IMG/VR virus record: IMGVR_UViG_3300040801_001224
Coordinates: 248,001 to 312,000 of that record
Reading direction: 5' to 3' (one strand)
DNA: 64,000 bases
In this document: in pieces, positions 27,197-36,477 of the stretch
Layout of the letters: the number at the start of each line of letters is the position of its first letter
How positions within the stretch are numbered: the first letter of the stretch is position 1
The notes under the pieces: generated by a model
What the model saw: the letters and a program-made list of their open reading frames with translations, nothing else
Told to the model about the DNA's origin: nothing
Database searches by the model: none
Position numbers and translations under genes: made by a program

Positions 27197-27274
27197 AAGG
27201 GCGGGGGTCGTTTACACCAAACACCTTGAATGGTGACGGCCGGGGCATTGAAGGGGTGTCTGTACAAAGCCCTT
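27197..27274 (+). ncRNA. structured element sharing segments with tRNA-Val
   Basis: AAGGGC/GCCCTT ends; TCGTTTACACC identical to 27312-27322. Confidence 0.4.
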
Positions 27275-27284
27275 CGCACTTTCT

Positions 27285-27359
27285 AGTCCGGTAGCTCAGA
27301 GGCAGAGCACCTCGTTTACACCGAGGGGGTCGGGATCTCGGAATTCCCCCGGACTACCA
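27285..27359 (+). tRNA. tRNA-Val(TAC), atypical T loop
   Basis: CCTCG-TTTACAC-CGAGG, CCA; T loop CTCGGAA. Confidence 0.88.
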
Positions 27360-27374
27360 ATTTTTACGATAAAT

Positions 27375-27977
27375 ATGAGCATGAATACTCCTAACACCAT
27401 ACTGTGTATGTTTTCCGGTGGATTAGATTCCACTGGCATGCTCTACCGTCTATTAACAGATCCAGAGTATGGTGAGTATAATATACATGTTCACCACGTC
27501 AAGATGTGTAATAGAGAAAACCGCCAACAAGCAGAGTCGATTGCTGTTGAAAACATTATTGGATGGTTTCACAATAACGGCATGTCTAATTTTAGATATA
27601 CTGAAAACACCATTGATTTTGAATTCCTTAAACATGGAAACTTTCCCTGGGATTCGGATGTTACTAATTTTGTTGCCGGTAATATCGTTAAGAATAAGAA
27701 AAATACTTATAAGTATATCGCTTTTGGTAGAACTAAAAACGATACAAACAGGACTATTACGTCATTATCAAATGACATATTAGAAGGCGTCCTGAGAGGC
27801 CGTCCTGTTGAAAAAATATATCCTATAACTGACCTAACAAAGGAAGAGTTATGGGATTACCTTCCTGAGGAATTGCGGGAATACACGTGGTCATGCCGAC
27901 GCCCCAAATATATTGACGGTGTCCCTACAGCATGTGGTCGCTGTGTTCCCTGCAAAGATCTAAAACATATCAAATAA
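27375..27977 (+). CDS. queC: QueC-like PP-loop ATPase
   Basis: MFSGGLDST, WSC.......CGRCVPC zinc site. Confidence 0.8.
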   Translation: MSMNTPNTILCMFSGGLDSTGMLYRLLTDPEYGEYNIHVHHVKMCNRENRQQAESIAVENIIGWFHNNGMSNFRYTENTIDFEFLKHGNFPWDSDVTNFVAGNIVKNKKNTYKYIAFGRTKNDTNRTITSLSNDILEGVLRGRPVEKIYPITDLTKEELWDYLPEELREYTWSCRRPKYIDGVPTACGRCVPCKDLKHIK

Positions 27978-27982
27978 ATTAT

Positions 27983-28056
27983 CCCCCGGCCAACTGGATG
28001 GAGCTCTGGCTACGAACTAGATGTGCGTGTAGGTTCGAATCCTACCTGGGGGGCCA
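27983..28056 (+). tRNA. tRNA-Arg(ACG), truncated D arm
   Basis: TCTGG-CTACGAA-CTAGA, GTAGG-TTCGAAT-CCTAC, GCCA. Confidence 0.78.
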
Positions 28057-28062
28057 AACAAT

Positions 28063-28139
28063 GCTGTCGTAGCCCAATTGGCAGAGGCGTGGGATTCAAA
28101 ATCCCAATGTTGTGAGTTCGACTCTCACCGACAGTACCA
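28063..28139 (+). tRNA. tRNA with CAA (Leu) anticodon but short variable loop
   Basis: TGGGA-TTCAAAA-TCCCA, 5-nt variable loop, ACCA. Confidence 0.88.
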
Positions 28140-28145
28140 AACAAT

Positions 28146-28235
28146 GCCTAGGTGGTGGAATTCTGGTATACACATCGGGTTTAAATTTCGACGGCTGTAA
28201 TGGCCATGAGGGTTCGAGTCCCTCCCTAGGCACCA
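28146..28235 (+). tRNA. tRNA-Leu(TAA)
   Basis: GCCTAGG/CCTAGGC, TTTAAAT loop, long variable arm. Confidence 0.9.
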
Positions 28236-28296
28236 ATCTTGACACAACCACTCTTTTCCTGTACAATATAAACACAGTAAAAATATAGGTGAAACT

Positions 28297-28584
28297 ATGA
28301 AACTTAATATCCCACATTGTGGGCAAAAATTAGAATTAATAAACGGGAGGGATGTATTAATGGAAATAATAGAAAAGTCCTGGTTCAAGAGGCGTAAACC
28401 AACACAGGAGCCCAGGCCAGTAGACATAAGATTAGATGAATTTGAACAGGTACACAACCACTTGTGTATGATGTATGTTAAATTTGATAACGGTGCTGAA
28501 GCAGAATTTGTAGCACGAGTCATATACAATGACATGCAGGATGAGTGGATTGTGGATGCTGGGCATGTGGCAGTGAGATTATGA
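28297..28584 (+). CDS. hypothetical protein
   Basis: ORF track; promoter TTGACA..TACAAT at 28239-28267. Confidence 0.7.
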   Translation: MKLNIPHCGQKLELINGRDVLMEIIEKSWFKRRKPTQEPRPVDIRLDEFEQVHNHLCMMYVKFDNGAEAEFVARVIYNDMQDEWIVDAGHVAVRL

Positions 28585-28657
28585 GGACACAAATGAATGA
28601 GACACAAGGAATATGTATTAGGTGCCCTAACCCACGCATTATTAGATAAATAGTATT

Positions 28658-29065
28658 ATGAAAGTCAACGATATAATTAAAGAAGGTACTGAAATATTCA
28701 TCAACGGTGAAGACAATGCGTTTGCCAAGCGTATGTATGGTGGTCCGGAAAAAGGCGCCATTGTTAAAATGTTTGTCACACAGGATGAATGGGAAGATAT
28801 CCGAAAGAAACAAGCCAATGATGAAATTGGTTCTTATGATATTGCCAGTGCTGAAACGATTATATCTGATTTAGAGAATCAGGGCTATGGCATCGAGTGG
28901 CCAACATCAGCAAGCCTAAACCAATCAGCCCGAGACCTAGAACGTCTATCACAGGATCCACGTTACAAAGGCAACCAATATGGCCTTGGCATGGAAGACG
29001 AAGTAGCACAGCTACGTGATAGAGCCCGCAAGTTAGCCCGCCAGTCAATTAAACCGGTTGACTAA
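28658..29065 (+). CDS. late hypothetical protein with MKVNDIIKE leader
   Basis: GATAAATA at 28645. Confidence 0.7.
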   Translation: MKVNDIIKEGTEIFINGEDNAFAKRMYGGPEKGAIVKMFVTQDEWEDIRKKQANDEIGSYDIASAETIISDLENQGYGIEWPTSASLNQSARDLERLSQDPRYKGNQYGLGMEDEVAQLRDRARKLARQSIKPVD

Positions 29066-29117
29066 ACCACCTTTCTTTGTTATAATATACTTAACTTAAA
29101 TTAACTGTGAGTTGAAA

Positions 29118-29345
29118 ATGAAAGTATTTGATGACATGATTCGCAATAAGGTAAACTACCATATCGTTGATCCCTGGGTTAACGGGCAAGATGCTTACTT
29201 TGAAGAATTGGAAAAAAGTGATGTAAGCGGCAAGCTGGAATACGGTGGTGAAGTTTTCCATGTAGAATATCAATCTGGCGGTGGCCGTGGGATGGGAGAA
29301 TACCCAGCCACATACACTATCGCAATGTTACGCAAATTTTACTAA
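29118..29345 (+). CDS. hypothetical protein
   Basis: ORF 29112..29345; promoter 29058-29086. Confidence 0.65.
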   Translation: MKVFDDMIRNKVNYHIVDPWVNGQDAYFEELEKSDVSGKLEYGGEVFHVEYQSGGGRGMGEYPATYTIAMLRKFY

Positions 29346-29378
29346 ATAAGTTTTATTCGCATTTAGGTAAATAATAGC

Positions 29379-29561
29379 ATGATAGTCTGTGTTTGCGCTA
29401 ATAAACGTGAAAGAGAAATAATTGATTTTATTAGAGATGGCTCTACGTTTGAAGATCTACAGAAAGAACTGGGCGTATGCTGTAATTGTTGTTGCTGTAA
29501 AGAAGTACTAACTGAGATGATTGAAAAACATGGAAATATCGTCAACGGGCTACGAAGTTAA
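29379..29561 (+). CDS. bfd: Bfd-like (2Fe-2S)-binding protein
   Basis: MIVCVC...LGV..NC..CK. Confidence 0.85.
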   Translation: MIVCVCANKREREIIDFIRDGSTFEDLQKELGVCCNCCCCKEVLTEMIEKHGNIVNGLRS

Positions 29562-29718
29562 ATTCAACACTGATTGGGGCATTGACAAAGATCAGGCATT
29601 CATCCTCCTTGAAGACTATCAGGATGACATTAAAAGCATAAGAGAATGCTCTGGTAATCTATATGTTAGGTTCAAGGATAACGAAACCAAATTGGCATTC
29701 CTATTAGCACACCTCTAA
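29521..29718 (+). CDS. small protein of the FxxxxDxxxFxL family
   Basis: VRFKDNETKLAFLL. Confidence 0.65.
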   Translation: MKNMEISSTGYEVKFNTDWGIDKDQAFILLEDYQDDIKSIRECSGNLYVRFKDNETKLAFLLAHL

Positions 29719-29760
29719 AATTATCTTGACAGAATTCACAAAATAGCGTATAATAGACAT

Positions 29761-30561
29761 ATGAAAGTAGCAATTGTGGGCTATGGCTTTGTCGGGAGAG
29801 CTGTGGATGCCGCGTACATAAATACCGACGTTGAAATGCTTATTGTGGATCCCCACAGTTCTGACGCCACCCACACATTAGAACAAGCTTGTGCTGAAGC
29901 AGATGTGTTCTTTGTTTGTGTTCCTACCCCACCTAAAGAAGATGGTAGTTGTGATGCTAGTATAGTTGACGGAGTTTTACGCAAATTGAGCGCATGTAAG
30001 TGCCAGAAAAAACTGGTTATCCTAAAAAGCACATTAACGCCTGACTACCTGGAAGTAATGAAAGAGTACAAGCTTAAGCTCGTATATAATCCAGAGTTCT
30101 TGCGTGAAAGCCATTATGTTGAAGATTATTTGAATACAGAAGTACACATAATGGGTGGTCTCAAAGAACATGTTGACGAAGCAAAACAAATACTGGCACT
30201 GTCTAACTGTAGGAGCAACCGGGTATTCTGGTGCCACCAGGGAAACGCAAGTTTAGCAAAGTATGCGATAAACAGTTTTTTAGCTATGAAAACTGTGTTT
30301 ATGAATGAGATGTACGAACTACAAAAAAATATTGAAACAAAAGGTTCTTATGAAGAGTTCATACAACTCATGAGCCTAGATTCCAGAATCGGAGACAGTC
30401 ACATGAATGTGCCGGGACCAGATGGTTATTATGGCTTTGGGGGCAAGTGTTTCCCAAAAGACACGAAGGCATTGATTGAATATGCCAAGAAGTTAGGCTG
30501 TGAAGTACAGACCATTGAGCAAGCATGTATTAAAAACGAAAAAATTAGAAAGAAAGCGTGA
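29761..30561 (+). CDS. ugd: UDP-glucose/GDP-mannose dehydrogenase family protein, lacking C-terminal domain
   Basis: GYGFVG, FVCVPTP, KST, YNPEFLRE, KYAINSFLA, GFGGKCFPKD. Confidence 0.9.
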   Translation: MKVAIVGYGFVGRAVDAAYINTDVEMLIVDPHSSDATHTLEQACAEADVFFVCVPTPPKEDGSCDASIVDGVLRKLSACKCQKKLVILKSTLTPDYLEVMKEYKLKLVYNPEFLRESHYVEDYLNTEVHIMGGLKEHVDEAKQILALSNCRSNRVFWCHQGNASLAKYAINSFLAMKTVFMNEMYELQKNIETKGSYEEFIQLMSLDSRIGDSHMNVPGPDGYYGFGGKCFPKDTKALIEYAKKLGCEVQTIEQACIKNEKIRKKA

Positions 30562-30626
30562 CATAGTTCACATTAAATTACACGGTATTATGGATAAATA
30601 CGGGAAAGGTAACCAGGGAATTGGCA

Positions 30627-33600
30627 ATGAACAAGTTAAAACTACTGTTATTAACAGCATTTCTTACACTATCATTGGGTGCTGATGATACAGAAATATA
30701 TCAATCAAATGTAAATAATAATTCTGGCGAGAAACCAAAGGTCTTAATTATATTTGATAATTCATCAAGTATGGTGACTAACAACGTAACACAGCAAGCA
30801 GTTGCGTATAATCCAAGCATAGATTACAATGGCAGTTTTCGTGATGACCGAATATATTGGTCCACAACAGGGACACCATCTGGCAATAACTATTTTAATG
30901 CTGGCCGTAACCGTTGTGCTGAATCATACGGACCATTAGCGGCTGAAGGCTTCTTTCAGACCAGGGCGCAACGTTGGCGTAGTAGTGGGCGTTTTGGTGG
31001 GTCATGGCGAAACCTAAGTCGCCGGGTAACAACACCGGTTCACGTTGATTGTGAAGCAGATGTGATCGCTGGCAATGTTGGCAATGGCAGTGGACAGAGT
31101 GATGGTCTTCCCTCACCAACTGGTCCTTACGGCGGCACTGGTAACGTCAACTGGGGTGGCAACTCTTATACATTCTATACAGGCAACTACCTAAACTGGT
31201 TCTTTAACGCCAGCACAGTTGAATCGACACGTTTAGCAGTAGCACAAGACGTAATACGTGACCTGGTATCTGCTAATACTGGCATTGATTTTGGCCTGAT
31301 GATATTCAACAATAACTCTGACTCACGTTGGGACGGTGGTCGAATCGTTAACTCCATTGTAGAAGGTGACGACGGAACACAGAGACAGTCCATATTAAAC
31401 AACATTGGACTGATAAATCCAAAAACCGGATCGCCATCTACCTTCACCCCACTATGTGAAACAACGTATGAAGCGTATCGTTATATGAGTGGACAGAGTG
31501 TTGTATTTGCCAATGAGATAAGATTAGGTGAAGACACTATACCCAAGGACCCTAAGGCTGAAAGCCCACTAGGTGTATACGATTCACCTGCTACGGACTG
31601 TGCTTTTACGTATATCATTCTAATGACAGACGGACAGCCAACTCGCGATGAGTCAGCAAATCAGTTCATACGTGATCTGACAGGCAAGGATTGTCTAACA
31701 TATGGTAATACCACAAGTTGTCTACCAATAATCGCAGAATACATGGCTAATACTGATCTAGACAATGACACAACTAATGGTAACCAGTATGCTATTACGT
31801 ATACCATTGGATTTACTACTGACCAGGAACTTTTACAGGATACAGCACGTTTGGGCAAGGGACAATACTTTACTGCTAATGATACAGCAAGTCTAACGGC
31901 GGCTTTCCAGGGTGCTATTACAGCCATCCTATCCACTAATTCAGCATTCACTTCACCAGCAGTAGCAGTGGACACGTTCAGCCGAACAGAGTCACGTGAC
32001 GATATATTCTTTGCTATGTTTGAGCCAAGTGACACAACTAACTGGCCAGGCAACATCAAACGTCTACGATTAGCAGATAGTTCTGGTGATAAAATACTAG
32101 TGGATGTCAATGGAGATCCTGCCCTCGATCCTTCTACCGGACGTATCAGAGACACGGCACAGACGTACTGGTCACCAAACATAGATGGCAATCAGGTAAC
32201 TGAGGGTGGTGTGGGTGAGCTATTAGCTAGGCGTGATCCTGATACTCGTGAGATTTACACTAACACTGGAACCGGTGGTTCATTAGAAGACTTTGATGAT
32301 GTTGCGTTCGATGTTGGTGCGTTTGGTGTCACAGATATAAATCAAGTGTATGATGAATTTAACGTAACTAACGCCATACAACTAACAGATTTGATCCTTT
32401 GGTCAGCTGGTTATGATGTTGATGACGAAAATAACAATGGTGACCGAACTGATGCGAGACCCTGGATACTTGCCGACATGCTACACTCAAAGCCTCTAGC
32501 TATCAACTATGGCGCAACAGGCGGTGTGTACGATAAAGACAACCCAAATATCAAGCTAGTAGTAGGCACTAATGGCGGTTTCTTCCACATGTTCAGCACT
32601 GACACCGGTGTAGAAGATTGGGCATTCTTCCCTAAAGAACTCAGCAGTATGTTGTTGGAAAGACGTGCTGAACGTGTGACTGCTGATAACGTATATGGCA
32701 TTGATGCTTCACCAGTTGTTTATATACTGGACAAAGAGCTTGACGGCACTATTGACGCCAGTGACGGTGACCGAGTTTATGTGTACTTTGGGTTACGTAG
32801 AGGAGGTAGCATACTATACGCTTTAGATATCACTGACCCAGGTAGCCCAGAGTTCTTATTTAAAATCGACAGGAACACAACTGGTTTTAGTCTATTAGGA
32901 CAAACTTGGAGTGAGCCATTGGTGACTACAATATCAGGACACGATGGTCCAGTGCTAATCTTTGGTGCTGGCTACGACACAAATAAGGACGCAACTGGCG
33001 TTGGTACGCCAGACAGTGTGGGCTTGGGTGTCTATGTCGTTGACGCAATCACCGGTCAACTGTTACGCAGTGTGACGCCAGCCGCTACAACTAACACCAA
33101 CCTACAAGCACCTATACAGCACAGTGTACCAAGTAATATTGCTGGCATAGATTCAAATGGTGGTGGTAATACCGACAGACTATACTTTGGTGACACTGGC
33201 GGTAACTTATGGCGTGTGGATATGCTTGGTGACCTTGACGAACAGAAATGGCGTGTCACTAAACTGGCTGATGTTAATGACGGAACGACGGCTGGTGATA
33301 GACGTTTCTTCAACGAACCGGATGTTGTTAGAACTAAGAGTACGCTATGTTTAGACGACGAGTGTACCCAAGTCGCTAATGTAAACTATGATGCGGTATT
33401 GATCGGTAGTGGTGACAGGACAAATCCTAACGCCACTGATGTAGCCAACGAGTTCTATATGTTCCGTGACTTCCAAACTGGAGCTTACAGTACTGACATA
33501 GCGGATTGCGATGATGACACAATCGTTGAATACAGATGCGACCTACCAATCACACCTGATGATTTGTATGACGCAACCACTGACATTGTTGGCACTGACG

Positions 33601-34013
33601 AAATAGCAGAAAAGAAACTACGTAAGTCTATGGGATGGCGTATTGGATTGAATGCTGTTGGTGAAAAAGCATTGTCCGAAAGTATAACGTTAGGCGGCAC
33701 AGTGTTCTTCACAACGTTCTCACCAGACCCACAGTTAGTGAGTGTTTGTGTGCCATTGCCAGGACAGGGTCGCTTATATGCTGTTCGGGTTTCCGATGCA
33801 TCTGCAACCAAAGACTTCAACAATGACGGTAACTTGGATAGAGAGTCATTACTGGGTAGCTTAATACCAGATGCACCCAGCTTACACTTTGGTGATGATG
33901 GGTTTATCCGTTTATTATTCCCGAGTGGCGGTGGTTTATCAGACACCAACCCTGTTAACAGTGGGGAGAGTTTGCCTGGCTTATATAGCATATACTGGTG
34001 GAGAGCTGAATGA
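30627..34013 (+). CDS. pilY1: type IV pilus adhesin PilY1/PilC (vWA-like plus beta-propeller)
   Basis: signal peptide then DDTEIY; IIFDNSSSM; MTDGQP; LADMLHSKP; GTNGGFFH; GQTWSEP; DRLYFGDTGGNLWRVD; GSGDRTNP; FTTFSP. Confidence 0.93.
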   Translation: MNKLKLLLLTAFLTLSLGADDTEIYQSNVNNNSGEKPKVLIIFDNSSSMVTNNVTQQAVAYNPSIDYNGSFRDDRIYWSTTGTPSGNNYFNAGRNRCAESYGPLAAEGFFQTRAQRWRSSGRFGGSWRNLSRRVTTPVHVDCEADVIAGNVGNGSGQSDGLPSPTGPYGGTGNVNWGGNSYTFYTGNYLNWFFNASTVESTRLAVAQDVIRDLVSANTGIDFGLMIFNNNSDSRWDGGRIVNSIVEGDDGTQRQSILNNIGLINPKTGSPSTFTPLCETTYEAYRYMSGQSVVFANEIRLGEDTIPKDPKAESPLGVYDSPATDCAFTYIILMTDGQPTRDESANQFIRDLTGKDCLTYGNTTSCLPIIAEYMANTDLDNDTTNGNQYAITYTIGFTTDQELLQDTARLGKGQYFTANDTASLTAAFQGAITAILSTNSAFTSPAVAVDTFSRTESRDDIFFAMFEPSDTTNWPGNIKRLRLADSSGDKILVDVNGDPALDPSTGRIRDTAQTYWSPNIDGNQVTEGGVGELLARRDPDTREIYTNTGTGGSLEDFDDVAFDVGAFGVTDINQVYDEFNVTNAIQLTDLILWSAGYDVDDENNNGDRTDARPWILADMLHSKPLAINYGATGGVYDKDNPNIKLVVGTNGGFFHMFSTDTGVEDWAFFPKELSSMLLERRAERVTADNVYGIDASPVVYILDKELDGTIDASDGDRVYVYFGLRRGGSILYALDITDPGSPEFLFKIDRNTTGFSLLGQTWSEPLVTTISGHDGPVLIFGAGYDTNKDATGVGTPDSVGLGVYVVDAITGQLLRSVTPAATTNTNLQAPIQHSVPSNIAGIDSNGGGNTDRLYFGDTGGNLWRVDMLGDLDEQKWRVTKLADVNDGTTAGDRRFFNEPDVVRTKSTLCLDDECTQVANVNYDAVLIGSGDRTNPNATDVANEFYMFRDFQTGAYSTDIADCDDDTIVEYRCDLPITPDDLYDATTDIVGTDEIAEKKLRKSMGWRIGLNAVGEKALSESITLGGTVFFTTFSPDPQLVSVCVPLPGQGRLYAVRVSDASATKDFNNDGNLDRESLLGSLIPDAPSLHFGDDGFIRLLFPSGGGLSDTNPVNSGESLPGLYSIYWWRAE

Positions 34014-34210
34014 TAACACTTAAATTCTGTAAAAATGTAGATATGTGTTTTTCTGAATATACTGCTTTTGTCAAACATTACAATATAGATGAGACATGTG
34101 GCATTGACGAGGATGACCAGTATATACTCGTCACTGTTGATAAAGAATTCGCAGACGAAGATCTACTGGCTATGGCTCTAGTTCATGGAGTCATAGCTAC
34201 AAGGGATTGA
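34010..34210 (+). CDS. hypothetical protein
   Basis: ATGA coupling to pilY1. Confidence 0.6.
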   Translation: MITLKFCKNVDMCFSEYTAFVKHYNIDETCGIDEDDQYILVTVDKEFADEDLLAMALVHGVIATRD

Positions 34211-34235
34211 CACAACCACTATAATGCTGTATAAT
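34207..34235 (+). promoter_or_regulatory. sigma70-type early promoter with CCAC box
   Basis: TTGACA-17-TATAAT. Confidence 0.85.
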
Positions 34236-34264
34236 GTACTTATTGTATATTATGGAGTATTATA

Positions 34265-35299
34265 TTGACAACTAAACGTATCGGCTTTGCTTGTAAGTAT
34301 ATGGTTGAAGACCAGACGCAAACAAAGAAACTATTAGAAGAACAGCAACGTCCACTCAACACTCGCTCTACGACCAACACGTGGTTACAGAAGCAATCAT
34401 ATGGTGATGCTATAGAACGTTTATACAGCATTGTTAACCATAACTTAGACAGTGTTAAACGCCAGTTAGAATACGTTGATTCTCTGGGCAACGATAACCT
34501 ACGCATGATGCGTATTAGCAGTGACTTACTGCCATTCTATACACACGCTGATTGGCGTGATTTGTACAAGAATCGCACTTTTTTAGACGTTATTGAGCGC
34601 AAATTTGCCGACATTGGTAAATATTCACGTGACAAAGACATACGCCTCAGTTTCCACCCAGGACAATTCACATGCCTTGCCAGTGACAGACCCGAAGTTG
34701 TTGAACGCTCTATTGAAGAGTTTGAATACCATGTTGACATGGTGCGCTGGATGGGTTATGGTCAACGATTCCAAGACTTTAAGTGTAACGTACATATCGG
34801 CGGCCGTTTAGGTCCTGACGGTATTCGTGCCGTTTACCCACGTTTGAGTACAGAGGCTAAGAATGTCATCACGCTCGAGAATGACGAGATGTCATGGGGC
34901 TTAAACAGTGTCCTGTCACTGAGCGATATTATACCGGTGGTTATGGATCTACATCATCATTGGGTACGCAATGGTGAATATATACAGCCAGACGATGACC
35001 GGGTAAAGCAGGTTATAGATTCGTGGCGTGGTGTACGTCCTACGATGCACTATAGTTATAGTAGAGACGAAGCATTGCCCGAAGGTTTTGACCATACCAC
35101 ACTACCGGACATGGCCCAGTTACTTGAGCAAGGACATAAGAAGCAGAAGCTTAGAGCTCACAGTGATTTTTATCCGAACGAGTTGGCTAACCGGTGGGCG
35201 TTGAGCTTCTGGCCTTACTTTGACATTATGTGTGAGTCAAAGTGTAAGAACTTAGCAAGCATTAAATTGTATGAGTTCTGGGAAAATAACATAAAATAA
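34265..35299 (+). CDS. uvsE: UV damage endonuclease (UVDE)
   Basis: RIGFACK, RISSD, RLSFHPGQF, LENDE, DLHHHW, MHYS, HSDF, MCESKCKNLA. Confidence 0.95.
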   Translation: MTTKRIGFACKYMVEDQTQTKKLLEEQQRPLNTRSTTNTWLQKQSYGDAIERLYSIVNHNLDSVKRQLEYVDSLGNDNLRMMRISSDLLPFYTHADWRDLYKNRTFLDVIERKFADIGKYSRDKDIRLSFHPGQFTCLASDRPEVVERSIEEFEYHVDMVRWMGYGQRFQDFKCNVHIGGRLGPDGIRAVYPRLSTEAKNVITLENDEMSWGLNSVLSLSDIIPVVMDLHHHWVRNGEYIQPDDDRVKQVIDSWRGVRPTMHYSYSRDEALPEGFDHTTLPDMAQLLEQGHKKQKLRAHSDFYPNELANRWALSFWPYFDIMCESKCKNLASIKLYEFWENNIK

Positions 35300-35356
35300 G
35301 TATTGACAAAACGTTATACTTGTAGTATAATAGAATATAGAATTAAGGAGTGATAA

Positions 35357-35914
35357 ATGAAGATATCATTACGTAAGGCGAATGCCCTTCAGCATTCAAT
35401 TAACGAGGTCATCCGTGACCTAGATTTTAACGCTGGTGTCAGCATTAACGAGTTCGAAGATTTTCGTACTCAAATTAACACTGCTAATGAGCAGTATTCC
35501 ACGAACTTTGATCGTCGTGAATCACTGTTAAATGTTTTATTTGGCATTCGCAAGCTGGTTGCGAGAGCAAACGTTGAAGCTGGAATTTCAGACAAGCTGG
35601 CGGATGTCGCTCTATTGGAGAAGCGCATCCAGAACAGCAATGAAGTCGCTACAAAGAACGCACGTTTAAGTGATGCTGTAATCGAGGGTAAAGTTGAAAA
35701 ACTAAAGGCCAGTGAAGATCGTTACAGCTTCCGTGAAGGGGTTGACACCACTGTCTTTACAGACATTAACATATCGGATGCTCGTGACCGTGTGCGTAAG
35801 TTCAAGCGTCAGAAGCAACGATTACAGGACGAGCTATTAGAGCTCAATGTCCGAACTGAGATCGTTTTAGACGATGATTCAGTCAAAGTTTTAGAAGGCG
35901 AAAGCTTAATCTAA
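35357..35914 (+). CDS. coiled-coil phage protein (MKISLRKANALQ...)
   Basis: ORF track; promoter 35303-35331; AAGGAG. Confidence 0.8.
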   Translation: MKISLRKANALQHSINEVIRDLDFNAGVSINEFEDFRTQINTANEQYSTNFDRRESLLNVLFGIRKLVARANVEAGISDKLADVALLEKRIQNSNEVATKNARLSDAVIEGKVEKLKASEDRYSFREGVDTTVFTDINISDARDRVRKFKRQKQRLQDELLELNVRTEIVLDDDSVKVLEGESLI

Positions 35915-35936
35915 AAACGGCTCTGCGGAGCCACCC

Positions 35937-36189
35937 GAGTCAGGCAAGAAACGAGGATAGACAACCGTGTAGTTACGGAGAGTGTTTACACTCTATTAAC
36001 TAATACATATGATGAGATCGAGCCTGTATGTATGTGTGCTTAGATGAATGAAGACTTGCACATTGCTACACACGAATAGGCAGGCCCCTGCACATTGCGT
36101 TTTGTGTATTGCGCGAACAGTTTTTGAAGCCGAGTGCCTTAAACTGCCGATTGCACCTTGCTTTGTCTATTACTCACTTGCCTTGACTC
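35937..36189 (+). ncRNA. structured 3' RNA with three TGCAC(A/C)TTGC repeats
   Basis: GAGTCAGGCAAG/CTTGCCTTGACTC and ATAGACAA/TTGTCTAT long-range stems; repeats at 36056, 36088, 36151. Confidence 0.7.
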
Positions 36190-36207
36190 TTTTTATTATG
36201 GTGTTGT

Positions 36208-36477
36208 ATGTTATACGTTTATGAATGGCAGTTTATTTTTGATGATCCCTTACATCTATTTAAACCAGGATATATCGAAGAACTAAGCAAAACTGCCAGC
36301 AAATATCATGGTCAGTTAGTTCTCGCAAGAGACGAAGACTATGCCCTTGTGGAATTTGAGACTAAACAAGATGTTATGGCATTTATAATGTCTACTGACG
36401 CAAAAGGGACGGCTGAACGTAATCCACATTACGACACAATACTTGAATATCAGAAAACACATAGGGTAGTTAAATGA
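36208..36477 (+). CDS. small protein of the FxxxxDxxxFxL family
   Basis: VEFETKQDVMAFIM. Confidence 0.65.
   Translation: MLYVYEWQFIFDDPLHLFKPGYIEELSKTASKYHGQLVLARDEDYALVEFETKQDVMAFIMSTDAKGTAERNPHYDTILEYQKTHRVVK

Noticed and set aside
30895-33354. antisense and alternate-frame ORFs within pilY1
   Set aside because: Expected shadows of a long GC-richer gene; no motifs.
30627-34013. host-genome contamination as the source of pilY1
   Set aside because: Flanked on both sides by phage-type promoters and genes with ATGA coupling, and has a GATAAATA box; read-level confirmation is still needed.
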